DNA of 63,462 bases, filler included, from Perkinsus chesapeaki ATCC PRA-425 (GCA_013115145.1; 11 parts of 11 records of this genome joined end to end with filler, not necessarily neighbours in it); one strand, 5' to 3'; numbered from the whole stretch's first letter, positions 9,490-24,500 are shown. The notes: generated by a model not told the origin, from the sequence alone. Translations and numbers: made by a program.

Positions 9490-11441
9490 GGAAGGCATTT
9501 CAGGTCCGGAAGGAGGGACTTTCAGGCAGTACTATGCGGAAAATAATGAGTATTATAATCCGAAGAAACCGGTAAGGTGTATCCGTTTTCGTTCAAGTCA
9601 ATCAAGGCCAACATTTGACGAAGCCAGACAATATTTTCTTCAGTTGATATTTCTGAAAGTTAATGCGATAATGCCGCTCCAGACAGTCGGTAAGGAGATG
9701 ATAGACGCAGCGAAGAAGATTCGTGCTGGCATGGTTCTGCTGGAACAAAGGTAATTCAATCTCTCGCCCTGGCATCAACTCCTAGTGGGCAGCAAGGTGC
9801 TCTTTCCTTGCTGAAATGCTTCCTTGCAGATATACCGGCATGAGCTTGCCCACCAGGGAGTTCTCAGTCGCCACTCTGAAGAAACTTTTCAAGGTGCCTC
9901 AGTCGGTCAAGGATGTAGCACTTTTTGGTGAGAAGACAAAGGATAGACTACCGGGGGTTAAGATCATTCTCTTTGGATGCAGCCATGGAGGGGTAGGAGT
10001 TAATTTACTACTTCTACAGATAATGTTGGAGATCTCACGTGTCAGACGGTCGCAGCATTGGCTCGAAAGTATTTCTCTCATATCTTCGATGGAGCCATCC
10101 TGTCTTCAGCCCCATTAGAGATTCAACTGGAGAATGAGCAGTATGGCAGAGTTGAACTAACATAGTCGACGCATTCTAAAAGTTGTTCACCCCATCGGCA
10201 ACAGCTCCTGGCACTTCAAGGGGCGCTCTCGCTAACAATTAATCCATCGTTTCTTGTCAGATATGCCGAAGTCTTGGGTAGGGATTTCTCGAACCAAGAA
10301 CTAGGAGGAAGCGATCAATGTCTAGGAGTGGTGAGTGAACAGCACTTTCAGTAGCAGCCTACTGCTTCCCGCTAGCTCAGAGATGCACATTCGGCCATCG
10401 GCGACAGACTATCTACGCCGGAAGGACGACAACTTCTTGTGGAGAAATTTGGTCTACGCCAGGGAGACCTGGAAGGCTCGGAAGCTCAGACGGCGTTGTA
10501 GGCTCTCCGAGCAATAGTACGAGTGGAGCGTTCTTGATTCAGCACGCATTATGGTGCGACTACCGGTGTCGATTTGCAATACAACGATCCAGAATGCGAG
10601 AAAGACTTCTGTAACATCCGACGGATCTGCATGAGGTTGACGACAGGGCAGTAAGTTGAAGTGTGGTTACTAATTAACCAGCCTTTATGCAGGGGACCCC
10701 CATTGGATTTGTTGGCTGATATTTACAAGACAAATAAACCTTCTAGGAAATCTTTGGTGGAGTCTATCCAGCAATATCTTGCAATGTCAGTCACGGATTT
10801 CAAATGGCTCATAGGATCGATAGTTCGAGTGCATTCATTCAGGTTGAAGGACGACAGGACTTCCGATAAAAAAAGAATGAGTTTCTTCGATTCCTGCACT
10901 AGTACGGGGCTTTTTGCGACCTGCGGTCATGCGAGCTGCCCTTTCTTTACCCGACCTGATCGTGACTGGTTGTTCTTTGCAAGATGGGTATGTGAAGTAG
11001 GGTTTGGACTATCATTTGATGAGGTATGCTACGTCGAGTGAATTCTCTACTCGAGTTTCTAAGATACGGGATGGGATTGCAGAATTTAATGCATACGTTG
11101 GGAACTTTCGCGGCACGACGAATATCTTATCGATTAATGGCAATGCCGATCCGTGGTATCCCTCATCCATATACGAAGAGGGAAAGGGTCCCGAAGTGGA
11201 AATGGTAGGAATACGTGGATTCCAGTAGTCCACAGAAGAAGTGTTTCAACCAGGTACAAGATGCGTCGCATTGCTATTGGTGCGATGTCCTGGACGAGTA
11301 AGTATGATGTTTGGATTTATAAGTTTGGAGCGAATAGTTGCGTCTTGGACACAGAAGTTTCGACAACACGTTTTGGCTGAATCAAGCCTTCCATCTTCTA
11401 AGGCAGCTTATCGAATGAATGAGCTGTACCCCATACGTTAG
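9490..11441 (+). CDS. Serine carboxypeptidase S28 family peptidase (multi-exon; 5' end approximate)
   Basis: Spliced exons give TFRQYY, LEQR-YTGMSLPT, nucleophile elbow LFGCSHGG-TVAALARKY..GAILSSAP, NGNADPW (catalytic Asp) and DASHC (catalytic His). Confidence 0.82.
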
Positions 11442-12220
11442 ATCAGCTATTGCATCCTTGCATATGCATGATGATATCGATGCCATTGAGTCACTTCTCA
11501 TTCTTGATCAGAGAAGTCTCCAACAGAGTCTACAGCGTTATCCAGAGGTGGATTGGATGACAACATAAGATATAGTACTCGCTCAAGGGCGACTAATCGA
11601 CTCCATTCACCCAGTGGAATAACTTAGTCAATGCATCTGAAGTATGATGCCTATCCTTCTCAAAAGGACCTTTTGTTGCTGGTGATTTATCATCTTTTGG
11701 CCGTTAGAGGCATCCAAGTTGGATGATCCAACATTATACAGATAATTGGATTCGAGTTCGAGTAAATATTCACCAACTCGAAGTGGCTCGACGATAGGAA
11801 GCACGCGACGCGCCATCTATCAGACCCAGCAGTGCTGGGCCTGCATGACCATAGAACCGAATAATACTAGTAATGAATAACTCATTCACCGTACATAAAA
11901 ACCGCTCAAGGGAAAATATTTTGCTCGAAAAGATTGACTCTCTGAGAATGAGTGGACCAAGGCTCAGTCACTGAGCCAGTCTGGCTAACGGTAATGACTA
12001 GTTGTTCAGGATAACGTACCGTCCATTTCACCGAATGGCCCATTCGGAAAGGGTAAGACTGGTGAGGCCTTGGTCATATGATGGTTTGTTGGCCGACAAT
12101 TTACCAACTCTGTCAACCAAGTGGGATATATGTTGATAAACATTGGCATATTAATTGAAAGTTGGGCGAACGGATATAGCGAGTCCACCGAAATCAACGG
12201 AACAAACATAGCTAAGGCAT

Positions 12221-12372
12221 TTACCGGTCCTGTTTTAGACACCCGCACTGATACTTCCGAGAGACCGCAAGCAAATATACGGCGCGTCACAATTATTTCC
12301 GACTGGCACGCATTAATCCGATTCGGTCATCTGCAATATCAGACAAATACAGTCACTCTTACTATTATCGGT
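12221..12372 (+). repeat. Dispersed repeat copy 1 (copy 2 inverted at 22235-22385)
   Basis: Shared blocks ACCGCAAGCAAAT and CGGCGCGTCACAATTATTTCCGAC. Confidence 0.8.
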
Positions 12373-12557
12373 TAAATTCGTTCATCTCAAATATCCGACT
12401 ATCATTCAGCGCGTCAAATGTGGGAGACTTTCGTTTTTTTCATTGACAATTTGACAGCTTCTCCAGTATCCATTTAATAACTTGTGACGTGTCGTTTATT
12501 ATCACTTGAATCTGGGAAACGATTAACTTCAACGCACTCTCTACTATGAAACGGTTA

Positions 12558-15500
12558 TTATTGTAAATCTATAACAGGACATTGTCTTATAAAACTGAAA
12601 CCATCGTTATCTTTGGCGACTCGATAGTAGTAGTCGCATGGATGTGTTGGACCAGTAACCAGTTTTCGTACAAACTCTTCATCGTGAGTAATTAATAACA
12701 ACTGGAAGTTCGAACTGTTCCTTCTGGCTTCTATCAGATCAGCCAAAGCATCAGCCTGGCAATGACCCTTTCATTCACATCATAACGTCTACCTACCAGT
12801 CCTTCAATATTGGTCGAGTCCAGATTTGTTGTTGGTTCATCCAAGGCCAAAATACCGCAGTTACAACAGAAGCTCTCGGCCAAGGCCAATCGTATTATTA
12901 ATGAAGCTAGGACCCGTTGACCAGCTGAGCATCGTCCACGCATATCAACTTCGACACCTTGGCAAGTCATGACCTATCTCACCGTGCACTTCCGATGCTC
13001 ATGTGAAGCCTTACCACTCTATAGTTATAACTGCGTAATCTAGTAGCACTTGTCACATTTGCAGCACCATCCTCGGTATCGGACCGGATGGCGATGTAAT
13101 CGATATCGCGGCCTCGATAAACCTAAGAAAGCAATGGACTGTTACAAGTAGTTCGTCTATGTACTTGTTGCCACAATTCTCGAATGACTCTATTAATTTC
13201 CATCATCTTGGATACATGGTATCTAATATTGGTCAGCAAACACGCAAGCAACAAACTTACCTCATTAAAGCTTTATCCAAGGCGGAGTGATAACGAGAAA
13301 GATCCTGTGTGGCCATTGCGGACACTTCATGTTGAATCAACGCGGACCGATGCCGATCGTCAATATTCCTATAAAGCGAACCTGAGAAAACTGCCAAATC
13401 AGACTCGTATACTTCCGCCTCACTATTAAGCTGGTTGGAAAGAGCTCGCTGCTGGTCCACCAGCTGAGCCACTCTCCCTTCAAACCTCGACTTGTTTTCT
13501 CGGTACCTCTGAAATATATTCATCATCTCAATCCAGACTGTCACCATGGACTTACCAAAACAACTGATCTCAGTTCCTCAATATGCTTCCCTCTTTGCAA
13601 GTGGTCTTCCCCACCGAGTTCTCGCTGAAGCTTTTCAACCTCCTTCCCGAATGTGCCAAGTTCTCTCTGTAGGGACTTTAACTGGAATGCCATAATACAG
13701 TCACCGTCTCCTAGCGGCAAAGCTTACTCTAATATTTTGAAGTAGCTCCTCGCGGCACTTCTCTTTCTCTCGAAGGCTTTCTTCACATTCGCCACGTTTC
13801 ACTCTGAGGGCTTCCACTCTCTCCGCAGCGCAACGCTCCGCCTTTTCTGCTTCGGCAAATTTGCGTTGTATTTCCGAGGAGTTCTGAAATTGTCAACTTC
13901 CCCGTCATTCTCGTTCAGACGCTCACATCCGATTTCTCCTTGAGCGACTTGATGGATTCCATAAGATGCTTGCACGCGTCCAATTGTTGTCGTATCTACC
14001 GAATCAATGATGAATAACGTATCACACTTTTGCCTACCTGCCGAACACTGCGCTCCTTCTCCTCAACTTCCTGTCGCGCACAATTGCGAACTTCGCTCCT
14101 CTTCCGCTTTGCAGCTTCTAGAGCATCATTTGATGCAGCCTAGAAAACAACAACCAGTTTCTCGAAATAGTGCTTCTCCATAATCCAGAGATGGATCTAG
14201 CACTTGTTCAATTGTGTTATATGTTTCACGTCCTATAGGACTGGTTTCTTCATCGAATACGAAATACGCTCTTAAAAACCAGCCGTGATTCCGTGAAACT
14301 GCTGTCTTGAAGTTTCCTTTCGGAAAGGACCTTCCCCGTCAAAAACATGTGCCGGTAAATATTCCAACATAGTAACTAACTAATTAAAGTAACTGCTATA
14401 CAGATGAGGACATATAATAAATTCACGTGCGTACGAGACACACGGGCACCTCTCCATCGAACATGATAAGACATAAAGGAGTTGATGTGCGAGGATGTAT
14501 TAATTAGAGCCTTCAATTGCTGGATGATTGTTATTATGATTGATTATAAGAGATGAAGCGCGATTGTGTTGATGGGCAAGCAGGAACTAATTAGAATGTT
14601 CGATCTTAGATTGCCGAAATCCATCCTCGTGCACTTATATTTTACAGATTGTTTTGCGTCAACTGGCTTCTGTGGTTAAAGTACAACATCAGATGAAGCC
14701 TCCCAGTGACTGACCAGCTTTGCTCTCAACTCTTCCATCTCCACGTCAACCTGCTTCAGCTCTTCAGTTGCTCTTTTCATCTCTATTTCCGCCTCTTTTA
14801 TTTGCCGAAGACGTTCTTGCAATGATACCAATTTAAACTGAAATGACCAAAGTATTCGTACTTCCCCAGTAACCAATCACACCTTCAGTTTTTCAGTTTC
14901 AACTTTAGTATCGGTTGCAGCTTCAACTAGTTCATCTCGTTCCCTCCTCAAACGTTTTTCTTCCTCATCCAACCTCGACATTTCCTCTTGGGCAGCATCA
15001 ACTCTTCGACGCTCCTCTATCAGACTTGACGCTAAACAGAACCCGACTGAATAGTAGCCCCTAGTAGGGGCCCCCTACAGATAGAAATGGCTGCCAGATA
15101 TTGTGAGGAGCTAATGAACTCAGTTATGTCTACAGCAGACAGCAAGCCGAGACCAAACCGTGCTGAGATCCTAGAAATATGCCGACGGAAAACTTATAGT
15201 ATCCGATCATTTTAGATATCGATAAACCGTACTGTCGACCAGTTTAATTTGATGCCTTAGATTTTCGGTTCCTGTTGGAACGCTTAATATCGAGTGAATT
15301 ATCGAAAAACAAGAATCATTCTAAGGACCGTGCATTTTCCTTAGGCAAATCGCGAAAAATATTTATAAAAATTTATTTCTCGGCCAATTTTGAGAGTTTT
15401 GTTCTGAAATTCGAAGGGTGACAAGCTTCGAACATAAAGTATTACCTGTACTTTTAGTATTTATTGCTATAATAGTAATATATACTAAAAGTACAAGGTC

Positions 15501-18500
15501 AAATACGAAACGGTTTGTGTTATATCACAGGGCGGGCGAAATTGACATCCTATCACCGTGCGAATTCCTTAGGCAACTCAACTAAAATATGTAGATTTCA
15601 TGTAGAAACTCATAATTAATGCTGATATGCGGCCACCTTTGCCTGCCAGGACACGTGTTAGACGATCATCCACAGAATTGGTCAATGCTAGCACTTCGCT
15701 ATGCGATATTGACTCGGCAGCCTCTTGAGTTCCTTTCCAGAGCGAATCCAGGTCATGAAACTGTCTTCCGCCATTAAAAACTTCCCTAGTGGGGAACGTG
15801 GAGCTTGGTAGCTTGGTGGAAGGCGGTGCTTTTTCTTTTCCGTGGCTGCTACTGGCAGTAGCAGCTATAGTATAGGTGGTATTATGAACAGTGCTATACG
15901 CCGGGGTCGGTGTCCAGCCTCCTACAACATTTTCCCTTCCAGTGCAACCATACACGTTCGATGTATGACTCGTAACCATCTACTTCAACCCGATTAGCCT
16001 CAAGGGTTGGAATGCGGGGGGGGGCCTTCTTGCTTATGCGCATCAGCTGCGTTAGAGTTTTTCCTGATAGAGGGCGAACGTCATCCGCAATACGAGTAGT
16101 AGTGCTGAAAGACCTTTCCACCGACGCAGTAGACCATGCTTACAGACGTCTCAGTCTTACCTTTGTAAGCATACAGTTTGCAGCGCACGGTATGGAAGCA
16201 GCCCATCACCAAGTGCTTCCCGCCAACAGTATTCGGGCCTTTGTTGTTCTTATGTGCGTACAATATAGCGGAGTACATGGCTGATTGGTCGGTGCCGGCA
16301 GCGTTCTCGGCGATCCACGCTCTCTTCTTATCCTCACTCATGTCTCCAGTCGCCGCAGCTACGACATCCTTGATGGGCTGTTGCAGGATGGGGATCTTCT
16401 TGTCTTCAACTACAAAAGTCTCGCCCAGAGCGCTGAACCCAACCGTGCACGGCCCGTTGTTCCCGAAGTTGATGGCAGGGAGTCTCACGATGCTCATACT
16501 CAAAGGGATGTATAGCCGAGATGGCTACTAGCTTGGAAGAGTCTCCCAGTCTTCCAGGAAGACAAAGGGCCACGACGCACACCTTAGGTGATTTGGATAA
16601 AGGGTTGAAAGCCGCGGCCTAGCCAGGAAGCAGCTATGAAAGTTGCTGTTGGTGGTGATCGAGTCGAAGCCTAGTTCCTTCTCCACAAACTTAACCTCCT
16701 GCTGCAGTTCACTTTTCCACTCACAAGAACGCCCGTGTCACGGGGCACGCGTGCCCTACTCGCACAATGCGAGTTCACTCGACTAAAGTTTAGTCACTGA
16801 ACACCCAAATGCAGCAGGCATAACACACAACATGCACCCGCCGCACGCACTCTAAGGGTGCGTACTCTGTGGGTGCGCAACTGAGAAGCGAACTGAGCTG
16901 AGAAGCTGAGTGGCGATCGTCTCGCGAGATCTCCTCCAGTTGGGTAAATACAATAGGTCACACACATGACGTCTTTTCCGTCCCAGCTTACCCTCTGAAG
17001 ATTTACCCTGTAACCTCGCATGAACCTCGTGCAAGGCTACCTCTGCATCTTCACACTGATGGGCCAATGCTGACAATCTTGAAGCAGCGGGCTGTAGCGA
17101 TGCCAAAGACGATAACTGAAAAAGATGATTCACAAAACTTCAATGCAACCTGAAGTATAGACAAGTACAAATTAAGTACCGAATAACACACGAAAAAATG
17201 AGACGAAATGAGCTTTTCTCAAGAAGAACGAATCTATCGTTAACGATCGATGCACGGTAAACCTATATTGGTGGCGAGTTATGTTACGAAGAATTCAAAG
17301 AAGGAAGGCATAATGGCAAAAAAGCTGTCACGCACAAATTACAAAATCTCACCGACATGCTTATGAACTCAACTATCGCCGCACCTCTTTTTCGGCAGCT
17401 GAGAGCCGCCCAGAGGTCCTATCAGAATCCAGCTCCAGCTGAGCCAGCACTGTCTGTGCTTCGTTCAACTACACAAGATGATATTATCATAATATTCCTT
17501 GGCACCCAGACCTACCCGTGCCTTTATGGTAGGAATCGTATCAGACTGTAACTTCTCCAATGCTGCCCATTCAGGTAGGAGGGCTTGTGTGGCTGAGAAA
17601 AAACGTAAATATCGAGCCCGGCGTTGTTAAGTACGCTGGGATATGAATCATCTCGTATAATACCATTTTCAATACATTATGAAACAGGTCCGGAATGACA
17701 GCAGTACAATACAGTGCTTTTCCTGGCACACCAATGATGAAGGCTCGAGTTGATGAAAGAGGCAACACTCTCTGCTCTCAGAGAGTACAGTCCATCGGGG
17801 AGATCCACTTCGGAAATGCAAAACTATTCAGACCGAATATATCTGTATGAAAAGTTGAGCGGAATCTAGCGACTGAAGATGACGTGTAGGGTCCCACCAA
17901 ATTTGTATGAGGTGCATTCAGTCACGACGCTCACCTTCCATCTCATTCCTGGCATCCTCTATCATTTGAGACCGAGCACTTAACATCTCTGGAACACGCT
18001 CTACGAACTTATCAACCGTAGCGTTCAAATTATCAATGTCATGCTTGGAGCTAAGATCCCTTTTACATAGCTGACACTTATGCCGTTTTAATGAACGTGC
18101 TTGTATGGATTTATACCTAACCCACAAGAAGTCGAAAAGGGACAGATTATAATTTAATAAATTTACTTTATAAAATCTATGATTTCTATTCAAGTACTAT
18201 GTCCTATACTTCTATATTCTACAGTTATTCTCCATTCTAATAGTAATATAACACTGTATTAATAATATAATTATGATAACAATATAATCTTAATAAAGCT
18301 TTTTTAATATATTGCCTATAGTGATAGCTTCATTCTAGCAGGAACGTCCAAATTAGCCCCAAGTTCCGATCATGTTCCAGCAAAATGCCCAACACATCTC
18401 CTCATTAAAACATGTTTTCCCATTCGGCGAAATAAACTTCCCTGAGATCAAATCACCCCCCTCCCCTTGGAAAGCCGTTTAAGACTCGTCCTGTCGTCCA

Positions 18501-21500
18501 CAGCAGAAGTGTATCCTACAATTCTGAACCAGCTTCCACTAAATGATATTCCTTCTGATTCTCCTCCATCGTCTTTTGAGCCTCCTTGAATGCTTCACGA
18601 ACATTTCCAAACTCTCTGCAGTGATCTGAATCACACACAATTTAAACCAGAGTTCTGTGGCGAGGAAAATCCTAACTTGAAACACTATATTATAATATCA
18701 TAACTATTAATATAACTATTGAATATTGTTAGGTTTCATCAAATATAAGATACATCTATAGTAAGTCGGTAAAAATTTGGACGGTAACAAGGCGTCGCCC
18801 TAAAAGGATGAAACGGTGATCGATTTGGTTTGTCATGACAATTATATACGTCCGTGATGTCTACGCAACACATATTGATTTCGTAGATTCATTCTACAAT
18901 TTATAGCGTTTTTTTCGAATTTGCCTTACGAATTTGGACCCACAATAGTTATGCTAATACCTAACTTGCACATTAGCACTACTTATAAAGGGATAATATC
19001 ATATTTAACAAACGAAGCACAACTGAACAAATTGACCTCGGAAAAAGCCGAGCGGGGGTCGTCCGCTGTGGCATCTAATATTCCTAGATTCTTCATCATC
19101 ACCATCTACGATCCAGCGCTCATCCGAATATGATAAAGCATATCCACTATACTAATGCAGGTACAGTATACGGACCGGTAAATCTACCATTACTGACCTT
19201 GATAAATCCTAAGGTGCTCCTCGGCATCTTTAAGCTGTTTGGTCTCGATCTCCACTCTCGCCGATGCCTCCGCTCTCCGCCTCATTAACTATGATAATAT
19301 GATTAATACTCATTCACATGTAGCTCACTTCATTCTGCTTCGAAGCTGCCGAATCCCTCTGTGCCCGGGCAGCATCCACCGCACGGTGAAGATTTTCCTC
19401 GGCCTTGCCAGGACTTAAAGATATCTCTCCGGTCGAATGAACCAGTGGTAGCTCACTTCGCCGAATCCAGCCCTGGATTCTCCTTTACTATCTTCTGCAT
19501 ATTTGAACGAATGCTTTCCAAATTGCGCGTTAGAATCTAACGAGAAGATCACAAACTTCCCTTTTGGTGTTTGTCTCTCTAGGGAGACAAACACCCTAAC
19601 AAACTTTCTACTAAATCTTTACACTAGAATACTTTTCGACCTTCGCGAACCATATTTCTGCAACTCCAAATCATCTAACATTTATGAACCTTCTGACTCC
19701 GTCTTCACTTACCTCGGCTTCAGCTGCAGCACCACTGTCCTTATTCATGCGCTGAACCGCCTCCAACGACCGAGCCAACTATATGAAAAATCACATAGGC
19801 GTGAATGCAAATCGGTGATACCTTTTGCTGATTATCATTCTTCTCCCTCATGAGCCTCTCCAAAGTTGTATTTATATCCTCAAGCCTGCCGGCTCCACTG
19901 TTATTTTTATTCGACACTTCGATTTGCTTTTCGACCTCGCCAATTTCCTTTTCAACATCTACAAGGATTCCTAATCCACTGATACCCAAATTGTTGCATC
20001 CAACAACGCCGAAAAGAGAAAGAAAGGATACCAATTTCTTGGCGACTCCATCATATACATACATAACTGCACTCCGAGGCGGATAAATTATGATTGAGTG
20101 TCACTGTATGTAGTACTGAAGCGCTTATCCGACAGTGAGGCCTAGCCGGGACGATTCCTTGTGCTGCGTTGATCAGTATTGGCATATCTATCGGCTGCCT
20201 TCTCCAAATAAGCTTTGTTATCACCTCACCGAATCGTGGTAGAAAATCCTTCAGTACTGTTCTGCGTAAGATTTTGAGAAACCCAAAAATTTCTTCTCCC
20301 TCGTCATCATATTTACCAGCTGCTATGACATCTCACCTCTCCCGATTATCATCATCGAGCTGGCCTTCTCTCTTGTTCTTGAGACATTCGCCTTTCTGTA
20401 CTCAAGGTTTTGTAATTCCTGCCTCAGTTCTTGGTAAGCCGACTCGCTTCTTACTGAGTGACACAATAATAATATGAAAACAGTTATAGATATTCGGTAA
20501 TTAAAATTTTCCAACACCGTCCCGCTTGGCAGTCGTTTGTCTACTACAGCCCGACGCAATGAAATAGAATATTTCGTATTTTTTCCGATTTCTCACTCAA
20601 TATTGAGTATTATCGGGCGAAATTTCAAACATGAGTACTACAACGAGAATTGAAAACATGACACTAAATCGATCAACCGTTTCATGACTATCTACTGATA
20701 TCTTGGCGCGCGAATTTTTCACCGCGCGCAGAACTGGCGCAATAAAATAGGTGTGCGCTCCTTACCATATTCCTGCTCAGCATGTTCCTCTGCAATTCGC
20801 TGCTTTTCAGTGGCCTGCCTTGATAGCTGTATATTCTCCGTAAGAGCAGATTCGAGGCAACTTATTAACTCATCTAAGAAGGGGTGGCGACAAATATACT
20901 GGGCAAAACAAAAAATGATCGAATGCTAACATCTTATACCCAGATATCAACCTTAATTGCATCATCCTAGGATGAACCCTAGAATCTTTAATTGGGATAC
21001 GACAACAGTCAAGTTTGGATGGACATATTTGAATAATTCATTAATGTAATTAAATGAATCTTCGACACGATTTACAAAAAAAGTCGTTCCGAAATATCGA
21101 GCCCAAAGAAGTCGCTGCTTCAGAATAAGCGATAATTATTATTTCTAATCACTTGCTTGTTCATCTACTCACTACAAAGTTAAAGGAACATACAGAGCCG
21201 AACATAGGAGAAATGAAACAAGTTTCCTTTAATCTTTCTACGATAAAAAAGCAGATAAATTTTCATCCCTTTTAGACAATACTTACCTTCTTTAGTATTG
21301 CCTTGGACAACTCCTTCATCTTTAAGTTGCTTGAGCTTATACGAGAGCTCCTCTTGTCGCATAATTAATAAGTCATGGGCATTGGCGGCCTCCCCGGCAT
21401 CAGTACGCATAGCTCGAGTTATGGCCTATGACAACAACGGGAAGTCTGGAACTGATCCCTAGGATGTAGTATTGTTATGGTATAAATGCATAATATTATC

Positions 21501-24500
21501 TTGAATGTTGTAATAGTGCAAGTTATATACGATTTATCTAACTAATACCAAAATATTACATTATATAGAATAATAATAGTTATACTCATTAGGTATATAA
21601 TGTAAATAATCATACATTAATAATTACCACAGTAATTATGTTACATATTTTCCACATTCACTGAATGCGCAAGCCTGCTACTGAACGAACAATTATCACT
21701 CTTCCTGACACTGACAGTAACGGAGAACACACCGACGCGCTTTTTCCTGGTATTTCCAGTGACTTTAAGACTCCAAACTTTCAAGCTGAAATGCATACAT
21801 ATAGTCATCTACATACAGGGCCCTGCAAAGAAGTGTCCCTAGACATTCGCAACGCGTGCTGATCTATTGGTAGAGCAGTGTGTTGCAATCAACTCCCCTC
21901 CCCATGCATACAGTTTTTCTGCAGCTCTCCGTGTGCGGGCCAAGTTTCAGGGAGGGTTAGTTTGAATTATAAACTTCTCAAAAGTCGCGAGTCGGGAAAT
22001 TCTGAAACAGGTTAAGGAAATTTCGGGAACCGAAGGCTTCAAAGTTTTCCGAACTCGTGGAAAATTAAAATGCAACTACAACGAAGTTACGAAAATCGCA
22101 ACGAAGGTTTGCGAGTAGCAAATTTATTGACCGTATTTCATAGGAACCATAATGATATAGAAAATCACTGTGGCAGTGTAAATTTTATTTCTCAGCAATT
22201 ATGACTACACCATTTCTCATACATGACCGAATTATTAATTATAAGAATGACTGTATTCTTCCGATAGTGCACATGTCTGAGTCGGATAAATGCGTGGTGG
22301 TCGGAAATAATTGTGACGCGCCGGACATTTGCTTGCGGTTCCTCGGAAATAACAGTGCGGATGTCGGAAACATGACCGGCAAGTGATGCTGTAATCATAT
22401 CTTACCTGGCATTGTCTTGCCTCCTCCATTCCTCTATTCAAATCTTCCTGGACACCCTCCACTCTGCGCTTCAACTCATGCAGAACCTTTCGAACACATA
22501 ACAATCGACAATTAGAGGATCGTACATATTCGGAGAGCTCATTTTGGAGAGTCTCTTCCAGGACTTCAATTCCATCATCATAAACGTGTGGTAAGGAGCT
22601 CTCGAGGACATTCATATCCGATTGGAGACGCTCCATAATAGCCTGATAAATTTAGTTGAGAACTAGGGATAATAGTAAATGAGATAGGTAATGATAATAC
22701 TTCCAAGCATGCCCACATAACTACTGTCGATTGTCGAGTGCCTCATTACTACTAATAATAATAGATGTGATGACTTGATAATAACAATCACTACCCAAAC
22801 AACGGCAGTTCGATATTTGCAGGGTAATGATCCTCATGAATTAGTACGATTATACGTCTGCATAGAATAACTTAATAATGATTATGAATACGGCACAAGG
22901 CCTTGATGATGCCTTGAAACGTCTAGGGGCCCGTGACAAAGATGTGTTAGTGGTCTGATTTTAATCAAGCCTTACTCTATATACGTATGATAGGCCCGCA
23001 CCGAATTAAGCCATTGGCCACGTAAGCTTGTATTGGACACCTACTTCCAATCACGCGTTGAACTTACCCTATAAAAGGAATGTCAAAAAACCGACGGAGG
23101 AAGATTTTCTCGTAACTTTGCTCTGCCGCTGACTTAACCAGTCACAATGTGCTCCAATTCAACCCACCTTTTTCTCAGCTAACTTCATTTGTGCACCCCT
23201 GGTTTTAGAGTCCTCTTCGAGAGCTTCCTTCAGCTCCGCCTAACCCAATTCATATCAGAAAAACATCCATCAATCTGCCTACCTCCGCATTGTCAATATT
23301 CCCATTCATATTTTCAACTTCATCGCAAAGTCTGCCCTCCTCAATCGATAGATTCTCGAGTTGGGCTTTCAAACTTCGGGCGCCTTCATAATCCTTATCA
23401 AAATGATCATTGCTGCTTGTCGTCTATCTAACTTTCCCACCTTCCCTAGCATTTCCAGTAGATGTTTCTTATCCTTCGTTTCGGCCATTAACTCCTTCCG
23501 ACATTTTTCTATGGACTCCAAGGCCTTTGTGTACCTGTAAAGTCAACTGCTCTTAACTTTAAAATACAGCTACAACTGTTCAGCTCCACAGTACAGCACT
23601 GATTGATATTTTCCTAGCGTCATCACCGAGGGTGCGTATTCCATATAGGCGACGTAATTTCTTATCGCTGAGCGTATTGTGTGGAATCGCACGGTTCCAT
23701 TTTGACATGAGGTCGGCGTACTAGTATCATATAATAGTAACAACGAAAAGTGACGATGCCGTTACCTTTATATATTAACCTAGATGTGCGATATAAAAGG
23801 TGTGTATGTTAGTATGAAGCAAGTACAACTTAACTTTGGATGAGTCTGCGTATTTGTGATAATTAAACCTTAATTATTACAGATCCAATGCTACAGAGTT
23901 AGTTTTTATACTCGACCGATAACTCATCCAGATCAGCGCTGGACAATTTTTTGGCCAGTTTGTATGAAAAACGAGCATTATGTTCATCATGAGCGAAATT
24001 AGCCCCAGCATGCATATCACATCGATGATTATACAAGCCTATCACCAGTCACACAATTGCCCCATATTCCTGACTGACGGATAAACCGCTTGACTGCGTA
24101 TCAAATCCTTTCACCGAGCGCTGTTCAAGTCTCACCTCGCCGAACCAAAAATGTCATCAAATTTCTTTTTCAAAGCTGCCTTATCCGAAAGCGGCCAATT
24201 ACTGTCTTCCTGGTGACAGAAAATAACATTCTCCAAAACCTATCGAAGTTCGAGTAGCCGAAGCACATCGGAGGAATCTTACAGCTTTGGGGACTCCCAT
24301 CAATTGAGGTATAAGCACATCCATATCCGCACACTTCTTTGTGATGGTTTGTGTTGGTGCGCCGTTCTCTCCTTTAACTCTGAAAAACGCCATGAATCGG
24401 GCAAAGCTGATATCTATCCATCACCGATGATGGTGTGGAGATTTATAAACCTCACAAATTGAACTGGCGAATGAATATGAAAGTTGTCATATTTAAGCAA

